From contig CACZFH010000008.1 of assembly GCA_902780395.1 (NCBI GenBank), positions 20,278 through 84,277 of the forward strand: DNA of 64,000 nt, written 5' to 3'. The stretch comes from an uncultured Erysipelotrichaceae bacterium. GTDB taxonomy: Bacteria; Bacillota_I; Bacilli_A; RF39; UBA660. This document shows positions 52,065-61,795 of the stretch, one piece after another. Numbering within the stretch: the first letter of the stretch is position 1; each line of letters begins with the position of its first letter. The notes under the pieces were generated by a model. That model saw only the letters and a program-made list of their open reading frames with translations, searched no databases and was not told where the DNA came from. Position numbers and translations under genes: made by a program.

Positions 52065-53504
52065 ATGAATCGTCGTAAAATGGCATACGACATCGATGAA
52101 ATGCCACCAATGAGAGAGTCTATAATTTTAGCATTTCAACACTTATTTGCAATGTTTGGAGCCACTATCTTAGTTCCAATCCTTGTAAATGCCGCTGCTG
52201 GAAAAGAAGTATTAACCATCCCAGTAGCCCTTGTTTCTTCTGGTATAGGTACATTAATCTACATACTATGTACCAAAGGAAAATCACCAGTATATTTGGG
52301 AAGTTCCTTCGCCTTTATAGTACCAGTAGCAGCTGCCTATACCAAAGCCGGAATTGCTGGTGCTATGACAGGTATTATGGCAGTAGGATTAATTTACATC
52401 ATTGTGGCAATCATCATTAAGTTTGTAGGAAAAGATTGGCTAGAAAAACTATTACCACCTGTAGTAATAGGACCAATGATTATGATTATTGGTTTAGGAT
52501 TAGCACCATCTGCCATAAGTCAAATTGGTTTAGCAAGTGGTACTGATTTAGATTGGAAAGTAATACTAGTAGCCGCTATATCATTTTTAACAACAGCAAT
52601 TGTTATGACCAAAGCCAAAGGCTTCTTCAAAATTATTCCCTTCTTAATAGGAATAATTATTGGATATATTGTAGCAGTATGTTTAGGAATGATTGATTTC
52701 AAACCTGTTGCAGAAGCTAGTTGGTTTAGTATTCCTAAGTTTAAAATATTATTCAAAGATTATCAATTAAACTTTTCAGCATTAATGACTATCGCACCAA
52801 TTGCTTTAGTAACAATGTGTGAACACATAGGAGATCATACTTCACTAAGTAACATTATAGGAAGAGATTTAATAAAAGAACCAGGTCTAGATAGAACTCT
52901 ATTAGGAGATGGTATTGCTACCTTAGTAGCTGGATTACTAGGAGGACCTGCCAATACAACTTATGGAGAAAATACTTCTGTAGTTGGAATGACAAAAGTA
53001 GCTAGTGTAAAAGTAATAGGACTTGCTGCTATATTTGCTATTATCATTGGTTTCCTAGGCAAATTTACTGCCCTAGTATCAACAATTCCAAATGCCGTAT
53101 TAGGAGGAGTTTCTTTATTACTATATGGATTTATAGCAGTAAATGGATTAAAAGTATTAATAAAAAATCAAGTTAACTTTGAAGATCCTAAAAACGTAAT
53201 AGTAGCTTCATCTATGTTAGTACTAGGACTAGGAGGAGCAGCAGTATCTATCGTAAGTGGAGACTTATCACTAACCATCTCTGGAATGAGTTTAGCAGCT
53301 ATTATTGGTATCCTTTTATGTAGTTTATTACCAAAAGAAGAAAAACCAGTAGCAACTCTAATAACAGAAGATGCAAGAACTACGAAACAAGATATGAATA
53401 AATTAAAAAAAGATATTAAAGATGAATTAACTGTAGAGTTAAAAGAAGATATATTAAAAGCAATCAAAGATGAAATGAATAAACCAAATAAAAAGAGAAA
53501 ATAA
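52065..53504 (+). CDS. uraA: Uracil permease (NCS2 family, UraA/PyrP)
   Basis: QHLFAMFGATILVP, YLGSSFAF, EHIGD, NTTYGEN; adjacent to upp. Confidence 0.92.
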   Translation: MNRRKMAYDIDEMPPMRESIILAFQHLFAMFGATILVPILVNAAAGKEVLTIPVALVSSGIGTLIYILCTKGKSPVYLGSSFAFIVPVAAAYTKAGIAGAMTGIMAVGLIYIIVAIIIKFVGKDWLEKLLPPVVIGPMIMIIGLGLAPSAISQIGLASGTDLDWKVILVAAISFLTTAIVMTKAKGFFKIIPFLIGIIIGYIVAVCLGMIDFKPVAEASWFSIPKFKILFKDYQLNFSALMTIAPIALVTMCEHIGDHTSLSNIIGRDLIKEPGLDRTLLGDGIATLVAGLLGGPANTTYGENTSVVGMTKVASVKVIGLAAIFAIIIGFLGKFTALVSTIPNAVLGGVSLLLYGFIAVNGLKVLIKNQVNFEDPKNVIVASSMLVLGLGGAAVSIVSGDLSLTISGMSLAAIIGILLCSLLPKEEKPVATLITEDARTTKQDMNKLKKDIKDELTVELKEDILKAIKDEMNKPNKKRK

Positions 53505-53515
53505 GAGGAGGAACC

Positions 53516-54142
53516 ATGGAAGTAGTAGAATTAAATCATCCCTTAATTGAACATAAATTATCTATACTAAGAGATGAAAAAACAGGAACTAAGGAATTTC
53601 GAGAAATAATAGGAGAAATTGCTAGTGTATTATGTTATGAAGCAATGAAGGATGTAAAATTAAAGGAAGTAGAAATTAAAACGCCACTAGAAAAAATGAA
53701 AATAGGGCAATTAGAAGAAGATAATTATGCCTTCGTCCCAATCTTAAGAGCCGGAATGGGTATGCTAGATGGAGTAATTACAGTAGTACCAAATGCCAAA
53801 ATAGGACACATAGGAATGTATCGTAATGAGAAAACATTTGAGCCAGTAAATTATTTCTTTAAAGTACCAAAAGACATTGAAAAAAGAGAAGTCTTTTTAC
53901 TAGACCCTATGTTAGCAACTGGTGGAAGTGCTTGTGATGCGATTGAATTATTGAAATCAAAAGGAGTCAAAAAGATTAACTTTCTTTGTATAATTGCTGC
54001 TCCAGAAGGTTTAAAAGTAGTAACAGAAAAACATCCAGATGTCAAAATATTCTGTGCTCATATTGATAGAGAATTAAATGAAAATAAATATATTTGTCCA
54101 GGCTTAGGAGATGCTGGAGATCGTATATATGGAACAAAATAA
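53516..54142 (+). CDS. upp: Uracil phosphoribosyltransferase
   Basis: HPLIEHKL, VPILRAG, DPMLATGGS, PGLGDAGDR. Confidence 0.97.
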   Translation: MEVVELNHPLIEHKLSILRDEKTGTKEFREIIGEIASVLCYEAMKDVKLKEVEIKTPLEKMKIGQLEEDNYAFVPILRAGMGMLDGVITVVPNAKIGHIGMYRNEKTFEPVNYFFKVPKDIEKREVFLLDPMLATGGSACDAIELLKSKGVKKINFLCIIAAPEGLKVVTEKHPDVKIFCAHIDRELNENKYICPGLGDAGDRIYGTK

Positions 54143-54167
54143 AGTCACAACAGTGACTTTATTTTTT
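54136..54167 (+). terminator. Intrinsic terminator overlapping the upp stop
   Basis: aaaataaagtcac-aaca-gtgactttatttt. Confidence 0.75.
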
Positions 54168-54218
54168 ACTTTACATAAAGCTAATCAAAAAATGGTATAA
54201 TAAATTAGAGGTGTCTTT

Positions 54219-55424
54219 ATGAAAAAAAGAGTCATCATAGCAGTAGGAATTATTACAGGAATAATACTAATCGTTATAGGAATGAGAATTTATAATCAAT
54301 ATAAAGTTAATCATGCTATAAAAATAGTAGAATTAAACACTAATGAAGTAGAAGTATTTTCTAAAATAAGATTAAAAGATTTAATAAAAACTATAAATGG
54401 AAAACTAATTAGTAATCCCCTAATAGATACAACGAAGGTTAAAGAACAGGAAATAACTTTTAATTATATAACTGACAAAAATCTAACAGTACCATATACC
54501 ATAAGAATAAAAGTAATAGATAAAACACCTCCTATTATCTATCAACCGTCTTCCTATACAGTAATAGTTAATGAAACTACTAAAAAAGAATTAGAAAAGT
54601 CTTTCTTTTGTGGAGATAACTATGATTCTAATCCAAAATGTACATTAGAAGGAGACTTAGATTTTAATACTCCTGGAGAATATCAAGCAACTTTTATAGG
54701 AAAAGATTCTTCCAACAACATTTCGACTCATCCTTTTATATTAAAAGTAAAAGAAAAAAACAATAATAGTACAAACATTTCTTCAAATCAATCTTATACA
54801 GATTTTAATAGTATTTTACATGACTATAAAAATAAGAATAATAAGATAGGAATTGATATTTCTCATTGGCAAGGAAAAATAGATTTTAATAAAGTAAAAG
54901 AAAGTGGAGTAGAATTTGTTTACATAAGAGTAGGGCGAGGTAATGGTATAGGTAAAGAATATGTTTTAGATGATAGATTTAAAGAATATATCAAAGGTTT
55001 TAACAAAGCAAAAATACCAGTAGGTATCTATTTTTATTCAAATGCTAATAGTAAGGAAGATGCCAAAAAGGAAGCTAAGTGGGTATTATCTAAAATAAAG
55101 AAATATCAAGTAGATTTAGAAATTGTCTTTGACTGGGAAAATTGGAACTATTTCCAAGAATATGATTTAAGTTTTTATTCATTAACAGAGATAGCTAAAA
55201 CTTTTATTAAAACAGTTGAAAAAGAAGGCTATCAAGGAATGCTATATTCCTCAAAAAACTATCTTGAAAATATTTGGTTTCCTCTAAAATCAAATATATG
55301 GTTAGCGCACTATACCAAAAAAACAGATTACGAAGGGCCATATAAAGTATGGCAAATCTGTAATGATGGAAAAGTTGATGGAATCAATGATAATCTAGTA
55401 GATATTGATATTAGATATTATTAA
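54219..55424 (+). CDS. Membrane-anchored GH25 muramidase with Ig-like domains
   Basis: TM anchor, D.TPP.I Ig-like unit, GIDISHWQG, GIYFYS, FDWE, WLAHY, WQ. Confidence 0.88.
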   Translation: MKKRVIIAVGIITGIILIVIGMRIYNQYKVNHAIKIVELNTNEVEVFSKIRLKDLIKTINGKLISNPLIDTTKVKEQEITFNYITDKNLTVPYTIRIKVIDKTPPIIYQPSSYTVIVNETTKKELEKSFFCGDNYDSNPKCTLEGDLDFNTPGEYQATFIGKDSSNNISTHPFILKVKEKNNNSTNISSNQSYTDFNSILHDYKNKNNKIGIDISHWQGKIDFNKVKESGVEFVYIRVGRGNGIGKEYVLDDRFKEYIKGFNKAKIPVGIYFYSNANSKEDAKKEAKWVLSKIKKYQVDLEIVFDWENWNYFQEYDLSFYSLTEIAKTFIKTVEKEGYQGMLYSSKNYLENIWFPLKSNIWLAHYTKKTDYEGPYKVWQICNDGKVDGINDNLVDIDIRYY

Positions 55425-55461
55425 AAACAGTATACTCTATTATTTTAGAGTATACTGTTTT
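55424..55461. terminator. Bidirectional terminator with a 16-bp perfect stem
   Basis: aaaacagtatactcta-ttattt-tagagtatactgtttt. Confidence 0.75.
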
Positions 55462-55532
55462 ATTACATCTTCAGAATGTTTCAAATCTTTAATTTCATCA
55501 TCAAATTCATTAATCTTTTATTGTAAATAAAA

Positions 55533-56354
55533 CTATTTACAATATATCTTTTCTTCATCATCGTCAAAACTATCAAAACTATTCCAATACTTTTGATAAA
55601 TACTTTCGGTATTATATACCATATGATAAATAGAAATAGGAATCCTTTTAAGTATTTCATCTTGATTGTCAATAAGTAGTTGTGCCAAAGAAGCTTTTCT
55701 ATCACTTCTTTTTGAATGAACCACTTCTTGATCTAACTCTCTAAAATCAAGATTACATGTAATTGATCCATCCCCAATAATATTTATCTTATAATTAAAA
55801 CCACTTCCTAAATCAAGTCCACTAAAAGAAGAATCTTTATAAGTCATTCTAACAATCCCTAGACAATCACGATATTCAAAATAATCTTCCATAGTTGTAA
55901 AAAGTTCTAAGAAATCATCATAATAATAATTTACTACATTTTTTAAAGCAAATTGTTGATAAAAAGAACTCTTAATCTTATTACCATTAATAGAATCGTA
56001 GTAATATTCATCATCATATCTAAAAAAATCACTATTATACTCTTTCTTTAGTAAAAAGAACAATTCTTCTTTTTCCAAAATATGAACTAATCTAAGCCAA
56101 AGCCACATTTCTTCACAGTCACGATAAATACTGTAGTAATAAGGAAAAACACTAATCTTATATAAAGGTTCATCATCCGATGTATGAGAAGAATATTCCA
56201 AAAAAGCCTTATTAAACGGCCTAAAATATTTACGTATGATTCGCAAATAATCATATAGACTTGCTTTCTCCTCTGTCTTTATAACATTTTCTTTGCTTAA
56301 AATATCTTTTATTTTAGAAACACCATCATTATATTCTTCACTATAGCTTTTCAT
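55533..56354 (-). CDS. Hypothetical protein, probable paralog of 11576..12289
   Basis: RBS gaggtgac; 273-aa ORF; shared motifs described in findings. Confidence 0.65.
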   Translation of the reverse strand: MKSYSEEYNDGVSKIKDILSKENVIKTEEKASLYDYLRIIRKYFRPFNKAFLEYSSHTSDDEPLYKISVFPYYYSIYRDCEEMWLWLRLVHILEKEELFFLLKKEYNSDFFRYDDEYYYDSINGNKIKSSFYQQFALKNVVNYYYDDFLELFTTMEDYFEYRDCLGIVRMTYKDSSFSGLDLGSGFNYKINIIGDGSITCNLDFRELDQEVVHSKRSDRKASLAQLLIDNQDEILKRIPISIYHMVYNTESIYQKYWNSFDSFDDDEEKIYCK

Positions 56355-56414
56355 AAAGTCACCTCAGTAGAGCATATTATAACAAATAATAGGTAATATT
56401 TCAATAAAAAAGTA

Positions 56415-57095
56415 CTATAAATATTTAAGTACTTCAACAATTAAATGCTTACTTTTAGTCAATTTAATAACACCATTATATTTATATTTACCAATACGTC
56501 TTATACTAAAAATATCTCCTTCTTTTAATTTATAAGAACCATCTTTTAAATAATCATGATTTAGTAGAATTTCTTTTCTTTTAATAACCTCATCAATACT
56601 ACTTCTTCCTTTATGAATAATAGTAGAAATAATAGTATCAATTCTATTACTAGAAACAATATATTCAATTTTTTCATATTTTCTCTCATAATTTTTTAAA
56701 GTATCAATAGGTAATTCTTCTAATTCAATAGAACTATTTTTAATCATCAAAAAATTACTTTCAAAATAATTACGTATCATAGGAAGTATATAAATATAAT
56801 AATGATTATCTATTATTAAAATATCTCCAAACATTTCTTTAGCAATAGAAATAGAAAATAAAGCCCCTAAAATATCTTGATGTCTTATAGGAACCTTTAC
56901 CTTTATTTCATATAATAATACCTCTGGTATTTTTTCACAGTATAAGATGACTTTTTCACTATCTTTATAAGGATAATATATAGAATAATCATTTTTTTTT
57001 AATTTACTTTTAATCTGTATTAATTCTTTTGGATCTAGAAAAAAAGTTGAGTTTTGTCTCATTAATCGATTAATATTTTTTTCAATAAAATACAT
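56415..57095 (-). CDS. ylmH: YlmH-like S4-domain RNA-binding protein
   Basis: FLDP, HQDILGALFS, GDI, RIDTII, GDIFSIRRIGK. Confidence 0.8.
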   Translation of the reverse strand: MYFIEKNINRLMRQNSTFFLDPKELIQIKSKLKKNDYSIYYPYKDSEKVILYCEKIPEVLLYEIKVKVPIRHQDILGALFSISIAKEMFGDILIIDNHYYIYILPMIRNYFESNFLMIKNSSIELEELPIDTLKNYERKYEKIEYIVSSNRIDTIISTIIHKGRSSIDEVIKRKEILLNHDYLKDGSYKLKEGDIFSIRRIGKYKYNGVIKLTKSKHLIVEVLKYL

Positions 57096-57149
57096 AGTAA
57101 TACCTCAACAACATTATATATCATAAAAAAGAAATAGCCCAAGCTATTT

Positions 57150-57578
57150 CTATAAATACTCTTTTAATTTTTCAACATATTGTTCTTGCATACTCTCATA
57201 TTCCTTACATATCTTATGAACTTTCTTATCCATCGTTTTATGATTTAAAATCTTTCTTCCCTCTATAATTCCCATTGTTGTTCCTCGTATTAATAAATCG
57301 GCGAGATTAGAAACACTATTATCTAGTACAGTATCTTTTTGAATTCCATACCAAGTCATAGCTTTAACCATCGCATTAGTCTCATGAATATCACTTGTTG
57401 TATAGTCTTTATATAGTAAATCAATACGTCCTGCTATATCATCATATTCTACTAATTGTTTTTCCAATAGTTCCAAAAAACTATTTTCCTCCACTTTAGG
57501 AATGATAAAATTAAGAGCATCTATTCCCATACAACAACCTTTATGTAATTCATCTAATATATTAATATTATTATCCAT
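57150..57578 (-). CDS. Conserved hypothetical helical (ferritin-like) protein
   Basis: KGCCMG, D.S.S.LA.LLI.G..MG, LKEYL; start ATG 57578 after gaggagg. Confidence 0.6.
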   Translation of the reverse strand: MDNNINILDELHKGCCMGIDALNFIIPKVEENSFLELLEKQLVEYDDIAGRIDLLYKDYTTSDIHETNAMVKAMTWYGIQKDTVLDNSVSNLADLLIRGTTMGIIEGRKILNHKTMDKKVHKICKEYESMQEQYVEKLKEYL

Positions 57579-57697
57579 AAATACCTCCTCTAATAGATTG
57601 AACAAAAAGGTAAAAAATATACCTCAAATTATTTACAAAGAGAAAGAAACAGGTATATGATAATGATAAGAAAGAAAACAAATAATAGGAGTAGCAA

Positions 57698-59872
57698 ATG
57701 AAAAAAGTAGTATTAAAAATTACTGGTATGAAAGATTTAAATGACTCTCTAAAAGTTGAAAAAACTTTATCCAAAAACAAAAGTATTAAAAGTGCTTTAG
57801 CAGATCATAAAGAAAAATCTTTAACCATTAAATATAAAGATAATATAAATATAAAAGAAATAGAAGAAATAGTAGAACAATTAGGTTATAAATCACTAGG
57901 AGTAAAAATCTTAGAAAAAGAAAAAAAGTTCTCCATAATACCTCTAATAGTAATAGGAATTATCATTACTATTATTTTGTATTATCTATTAGCTTATACT
58001 TTTCCATTACCCAAAAAAATATTTTTTTCCAAATCAACTGAAAATATTATTCTTTTAACCATTACCATTATTTTAATTCTTTATAATCTAAAAGATTTAT
58101 GGGATGGCTTTAAGAAACTAATTATTGGAAAATGTAATATCAATTCCTTAGTATTAATAACCACCATTTTGACATTATTATATGCTCTAGATACGATTTA
58201 TTTAAATAATATGACCACATACTTAGAAGCCTTAATTGTTATTTTATATTTTCAAAAAATAGCCCAATACATAGAATATCGAAGAGTATTAAAAATGAAT
58301 TCTGAAATCAAACAAATTGCAACTACCAATATTCAACGAGTAAAAAGAATTGTAAATGGATCACATGAAGAAATAAAACTAGAAGATTTAGAAGTAAATG
58401 ATAATATTATTTGTCTTCCTGGGGATAAAGTATTTGTCGATGGAATATTAAAAGAAGGAACAACTCATTTTGATGAATCTCCAATAACTGGAAGTAGTAT
58501 TCCTATTGAGAAAAATAAAAATAGTCATATTATTTCAGGAAGTGTTAATTGTGAAAATGAAATATCTTATATTGTTGAAAAAAAAGTAAAAGACTCTTAT
58601 ATCTCTATACTAAAAGAACAATTAGTAGAAGATTTAAAAAAGAAACAAAAAGGTTCTAAAAGAATAGATCGATTCTGTAACTTTTTTGTACCATTTGTCA
58701 TTATTGGAGTAATAATCTTATTTGCTTTAGTATGGCTTCAAACAGATGAGCTACACATAGCCTTTACAAAGTCTATTACAACATTATTATTATTTACTTC
58801 TATAGGTTATTTGTATATAACTCCTCTTAGTTTTTCAAAAATATCCAAAGAGGCTAGTAAAAAAGGATTAATTATGAAATCAGTAAATGTCCTAGAAAAA
58901 ATAAGAAAAATAGATACCATTGTCTTAGATAAAACAGGAACTCTAACGAATGGTTATCTTAGTGTCTCTAGAATAAATAATCATTCTGAAGAAACCGATA
59001 AGAAATTATTAGAAATCTTAGGATCTATTGAAAAACATAGTAATCACCCCCTAGCCAAAGGAATTATAAAGTATTTAAGAAGTGAAAAAATAAAAGCCAA
59101 TATAGATTTTATAACAGAAGATTTAATTGGTTATGGAGTAAAAGCTCAAGAAGGGAATACAGTATATTATGCTTGTAGTGGAGAATTATTAGAAAAGTTA
59201 GATGTTATTAATTCTTATAAAGAAGAAGAAAGAAAGATGAAAGTAGAAGGAAACTATGTTATTTACTTAGTAAAAAATAAAAAAGTAATAGCAACTTTTG
59301 GCTTAAAAGATATTCCTAGAAAAGAATCAAAGAAAGTACTAAATCTTTTAAAAGAAAGAAAATATAATATTGTTCTTTTATCAGGAGATAATGAAATAGT
59401 AACTTCCAAAATTGCTAAAGATTTAGGTATAACAAATGTCGTAGCAGGTCTAAATAGTGAAGGAAAAAAAGACTATATCAACCAATTAAAAAAAGAAGGG
59501 AAAAAAGTAATGGTAGTAGGAGATGGCTTAAATGATTCATTAGCCTTTGCCAATGCTTCTATGGGAGTAGCTCTCATGAATACCAATGAATTAGCTCTTT
59601 TATCATCAGATGTTGTTTTAACAACCAACAACTTATTTAAAATACTAGATATACTTATATTAAGCAAAAACACTTTAAAACAAATTAAACAAAATATTTG
59701 GATTTCTGTTTTAACATCTATTTTCTTCTTTATTATATCAATAGGATTTATATCAACAATAAAACCAACTCCATTGTGGATTATCTTTAGTATGGTTATG
59801 AATCTATTACTAATAACAGTCAATAGTAAAAAATCAATTATTAAAGAAGTTGTCATATCTCACAAAAAATGA
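57698..59872 (+). CDS. P1B-type (heavy-metal class) P-type ATPase with atypical motifs
   Basis: HMA-like N-terminus, PGDK..DG, DESPITGSS, DKTGTLT, SNHPLA, LSGD, VGDGLND. Confidence 0.85.
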   Translation: MKKVVLKITGMKDLNDSLKVEKTLSKNKSIKSALADHKEKSLTIKYKDNINIKEIEEIVEQLGYKSLGVKILEKEKKFSIIPLIVIGIIITIILYYLLAYTFPLPKKIFFSKSTENIILLTITIILILYNLKDLWDGFKKLIIGKCNINSLVLITTILTLLYALDTIYLNNMTTYLEALIVILYFQKIAQYIEYRRVLKMNSEIKQIATTNIQRVKRIVNGSHEEIKLEDLEVNDNIICLPGDKVFVDGILKEGTTHFDESPITGSSIPIEKNKNSHIISGSVNCENEISYIVEKKVKDSYISILKEQLVEDLKKKQKGSKRIDRFCNFFVPFVIIGVIILFALVWLQTDELHIAFTKSITTLLLFTSIGYLYITPLSFSKISKEASKKGLIMKSVNVLEKIRKIDTIVLDKTGTLTNGYLSVSRINNHSEETDKKLLEILGSIEKHSNHPLAKGIIKYLRSEKIKANIDFITEDLIGYGVKAQEGNTVYYACSGELLEKLDVINSYKEEERKMKVEGNYVIYLVKNKKVIATFGLKDIPRKESKKVLNLLKERKYNIVLLSGDNEIVTSKIAKDLGITNVVAGLNSEGKKDYINQLKKEGKKVMVVGDGLNDSLAFANASMGVALMNTNELALLSSDVVLTTNNLFKILDILILSKNTLKQIKQNIWISVLTSIFFFIISIGFISTIKPTPLWIIFSMVMNLLLITVNSKKSIIKEVVISHKK

Positions 59873-59911
59873 TATAATAAAGCGACGGAAAACAAAGAAA
59901 AAGGTGATAGC

Positions 59912-61015
59912 ATGAAAAAAGTAGTTATCGGTATGAGTGGAGGAGTAGACAGTAGTGTAGCGGCTATTATCCTTCAAAAACAAGGGTATGAAGTAATAGG
60001 CCTTTTTATGAGAAACTGGGATTCATTAGCTGATGGAGAATTAAATGGACCAACTACCGAAAGTGGTATATGCCCTCAAGAAGAAGATTATAATGATGCT
60101 AAGAATGTCTGTGACAAATTAGGAATACCTCTATATAGAAAAGATTTTGTAAAAGAATATTGGGATTATGTATTTACCTATTTTTTAGATGAATTAAAAA
60201 ATGGTAGAACTCCCAACCCTGATATTATGTGTAATAAATATATTAAATTTGATATGTTTATAGAAGAAGCTAAAAAACTAGGGGCAGATTATATTGCTAC
60301 TGGTCATTATGCCAGACTTCAAGATGGAAAACTATTAAGAGGAATTGATAAAAATAAAGATCAAACCTATTTCTTATCCCAAGTAACAAAAGAACAATTT
60401 AAAAATGTTTTATTCCCAATAGGAGACTTAGAAAAAAAAGAAGTAAGAAAAATAGCTGAAGAATATGAATTATTAACAGCTCATAAAAAAGACTCAACAG
60501 GTATTTGTTTTATTGGAGAAAGAAATTTCAAGAATTTTTTAAAGAATTATTTACCTAATCAACCAGGAGATGTCATTAATATTGAAACCAATGAAGTAAT
60601 AGGAAAGCATATAGGATTAATGAACTATACCATAGGACAAAGAAGGGGATTAAATATTGGTGGAACAGAAGATAAAATGTTTGTTGTAGGAAAAGATCTT
60701 AATAAGAATGTTTTATATATTTGTTTAGGAGAAGATAATGATTATTTAATAAGTACCTCTTGTTTAGTAGATAATGTTAATTATCTAGCGGAAGAGAGAT
60801 TAACCAAATGTACAGCAAAATTTCGTTATCGTCAAGAAGATATTCCTGTAGAATTAGAATGGTTAGAGAATAATGAAGTATTAGTAAAATACGAACAAGG
60901 AGTTAAATCTGTTACTCCAGGGCAAGCTTGTGTATTTTATAATGAAGAAGAATGCTTAGGTGGAGGAATTATTAAAGAAGTACGAAAAAATGACAAAAAA
61001 TTGTGGTACTTATAA
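59912..61015 (+). CDS. mnmA: tRNA-specific 2-thiouridylase
   Basis: GMSGGVDSS, TPNPDIMCN, ATGHY, KDQTYFL, DSTGICF, TPGQ. Confidence 0.97.
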   Translation: MKKVVIGMSGGVDSSVAAIILQKQGYEVIGLFMRNWDSLADGELNGPTTESGICPQEEDYNDAKNVCDKLGIPLYRKDFVKEYWDYVFTYFLDELKNGRTPNPDIMCNKYIKFDMFIEEAKKLGADYIATGHYARLQDGKLLRGIDKNKDQTYFLSQVTKEQFKNVLFPIGDLEKKEVRKIAEEYELLTAHKKDSTGICFIGERNFKNFLKNYLPNQPGDVINIETNEVIGKHIGLMNYTIGQRRGLNIGGTEDKMFVVGKDLNKNVLYICLGEDNDYLISTSCLVDNVNYLAEERLTKCTAKFRYRQEDIPVELEWLENNEVLVKYEQGVKSVTPGQACVFYNEEECLGGGIIKEVRKNDKKLWYL

Positions 61016-61032
61016 ACATAAGGAGTAGTAAA

Positions 61033-61725
61033 ATGGACCAAGAAAAAATTGGAAAATTTATAAAAAAGATCAGAGAAGAAAACAATCTTACCCAAAAAGA
61101 ATTGGCCGATAAACTAGGCGTTACTTTTCAAGCCGTATCCAAATGGGAAAATGGAAAGAATGTTCCAGATATTGGCATATTAAAACACATTAGTGAAGAG
61201 TTTCATATCAATGTAGATGATATATTATCAGGACAAATAACTAATAAGAAAAAGAATAATCGAATCATAGAAATTCTTTTACTAGGTTTCATAATAATAG
61301 TAATCATCATAGGAATAATTATTATTAATAACAATCACTCAGATTATGAGTTTAAAACAATTTCTTCAAAATGTGCTGACTTCAAAATAACAGGAAGTGC
61401 TGCCTACAATAAAGAAAAAGCTACAATCTATATATCTACTGTTGAATTTTGTGGAAAAGAAGATAATACAATTTATCGAAAAATATCTTGTAATTTGTAT
61501 GAAACTTATAATAATTCTAAAACAAAAATTAGTAGTTGCAATGAAGATAAGAACACTAATTTAGAAGATTTCTTAAAAAAAGTAGATATGAAAGTAGATC
61601 ATTTTTCTAGTAGTTGTAAAAATCTTACAGCCAATACTTTAACCTTAGAAATAGAAGCTACTGCTACTGATAATAAGAAAGTAACCTATACTATTCCAAT
61701 TAAATTAAATGATACTTGTCAATAA
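61033..61725 (+). CDS. XRE-family HTH protein with TM helix and Cys-rich extracellular domain
   Basis: LTQKELADKLGVTFQAVSKWENG; hydrophobic helix; start ATG 61033 after aaggag. Confidence 0.85.
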   Translation: MDQEKIGKFIKKIREENNLTQKELADKLGVTFQAVSKWENGKNVPDIGILKHISEEFHINVDDILSGQITNKKKNNRIIEILLLGFIIIVIIIGIIIINNNHSDYEFKTISSKCADFKITGSAAYNKEKATIYISTVEFCGKEDNTIYRKISCNLYETYNNSKTKISSCNEDKNTNLEDFLKKVDMKVDHFSSSCKNLTANTLTLEIEATATDNKKVTYTIPIKLNDTCQ

Positions 61726-61726
61726 T

Positions 61727-61757
61727 ATCCTAATTTATAAAAATTAGGATTTTTTTT
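61727..61757 (+). terminator. Intrinsic terminator
   Basis: atcctaattt-ataa-aaattaggat plus T-tract. Confidence 0.7.
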
Positions 61758-61795
61758 ATGAATGTGCTATAATGAAATGGTAAGGGGAAATAGAT

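Noticed and set aside
55424-55461. 16-bp inverted repeat as a transposon end or operator
   Set aside because: No partner repeat or transposase; position between convergent genes fits a bidirectional terminator
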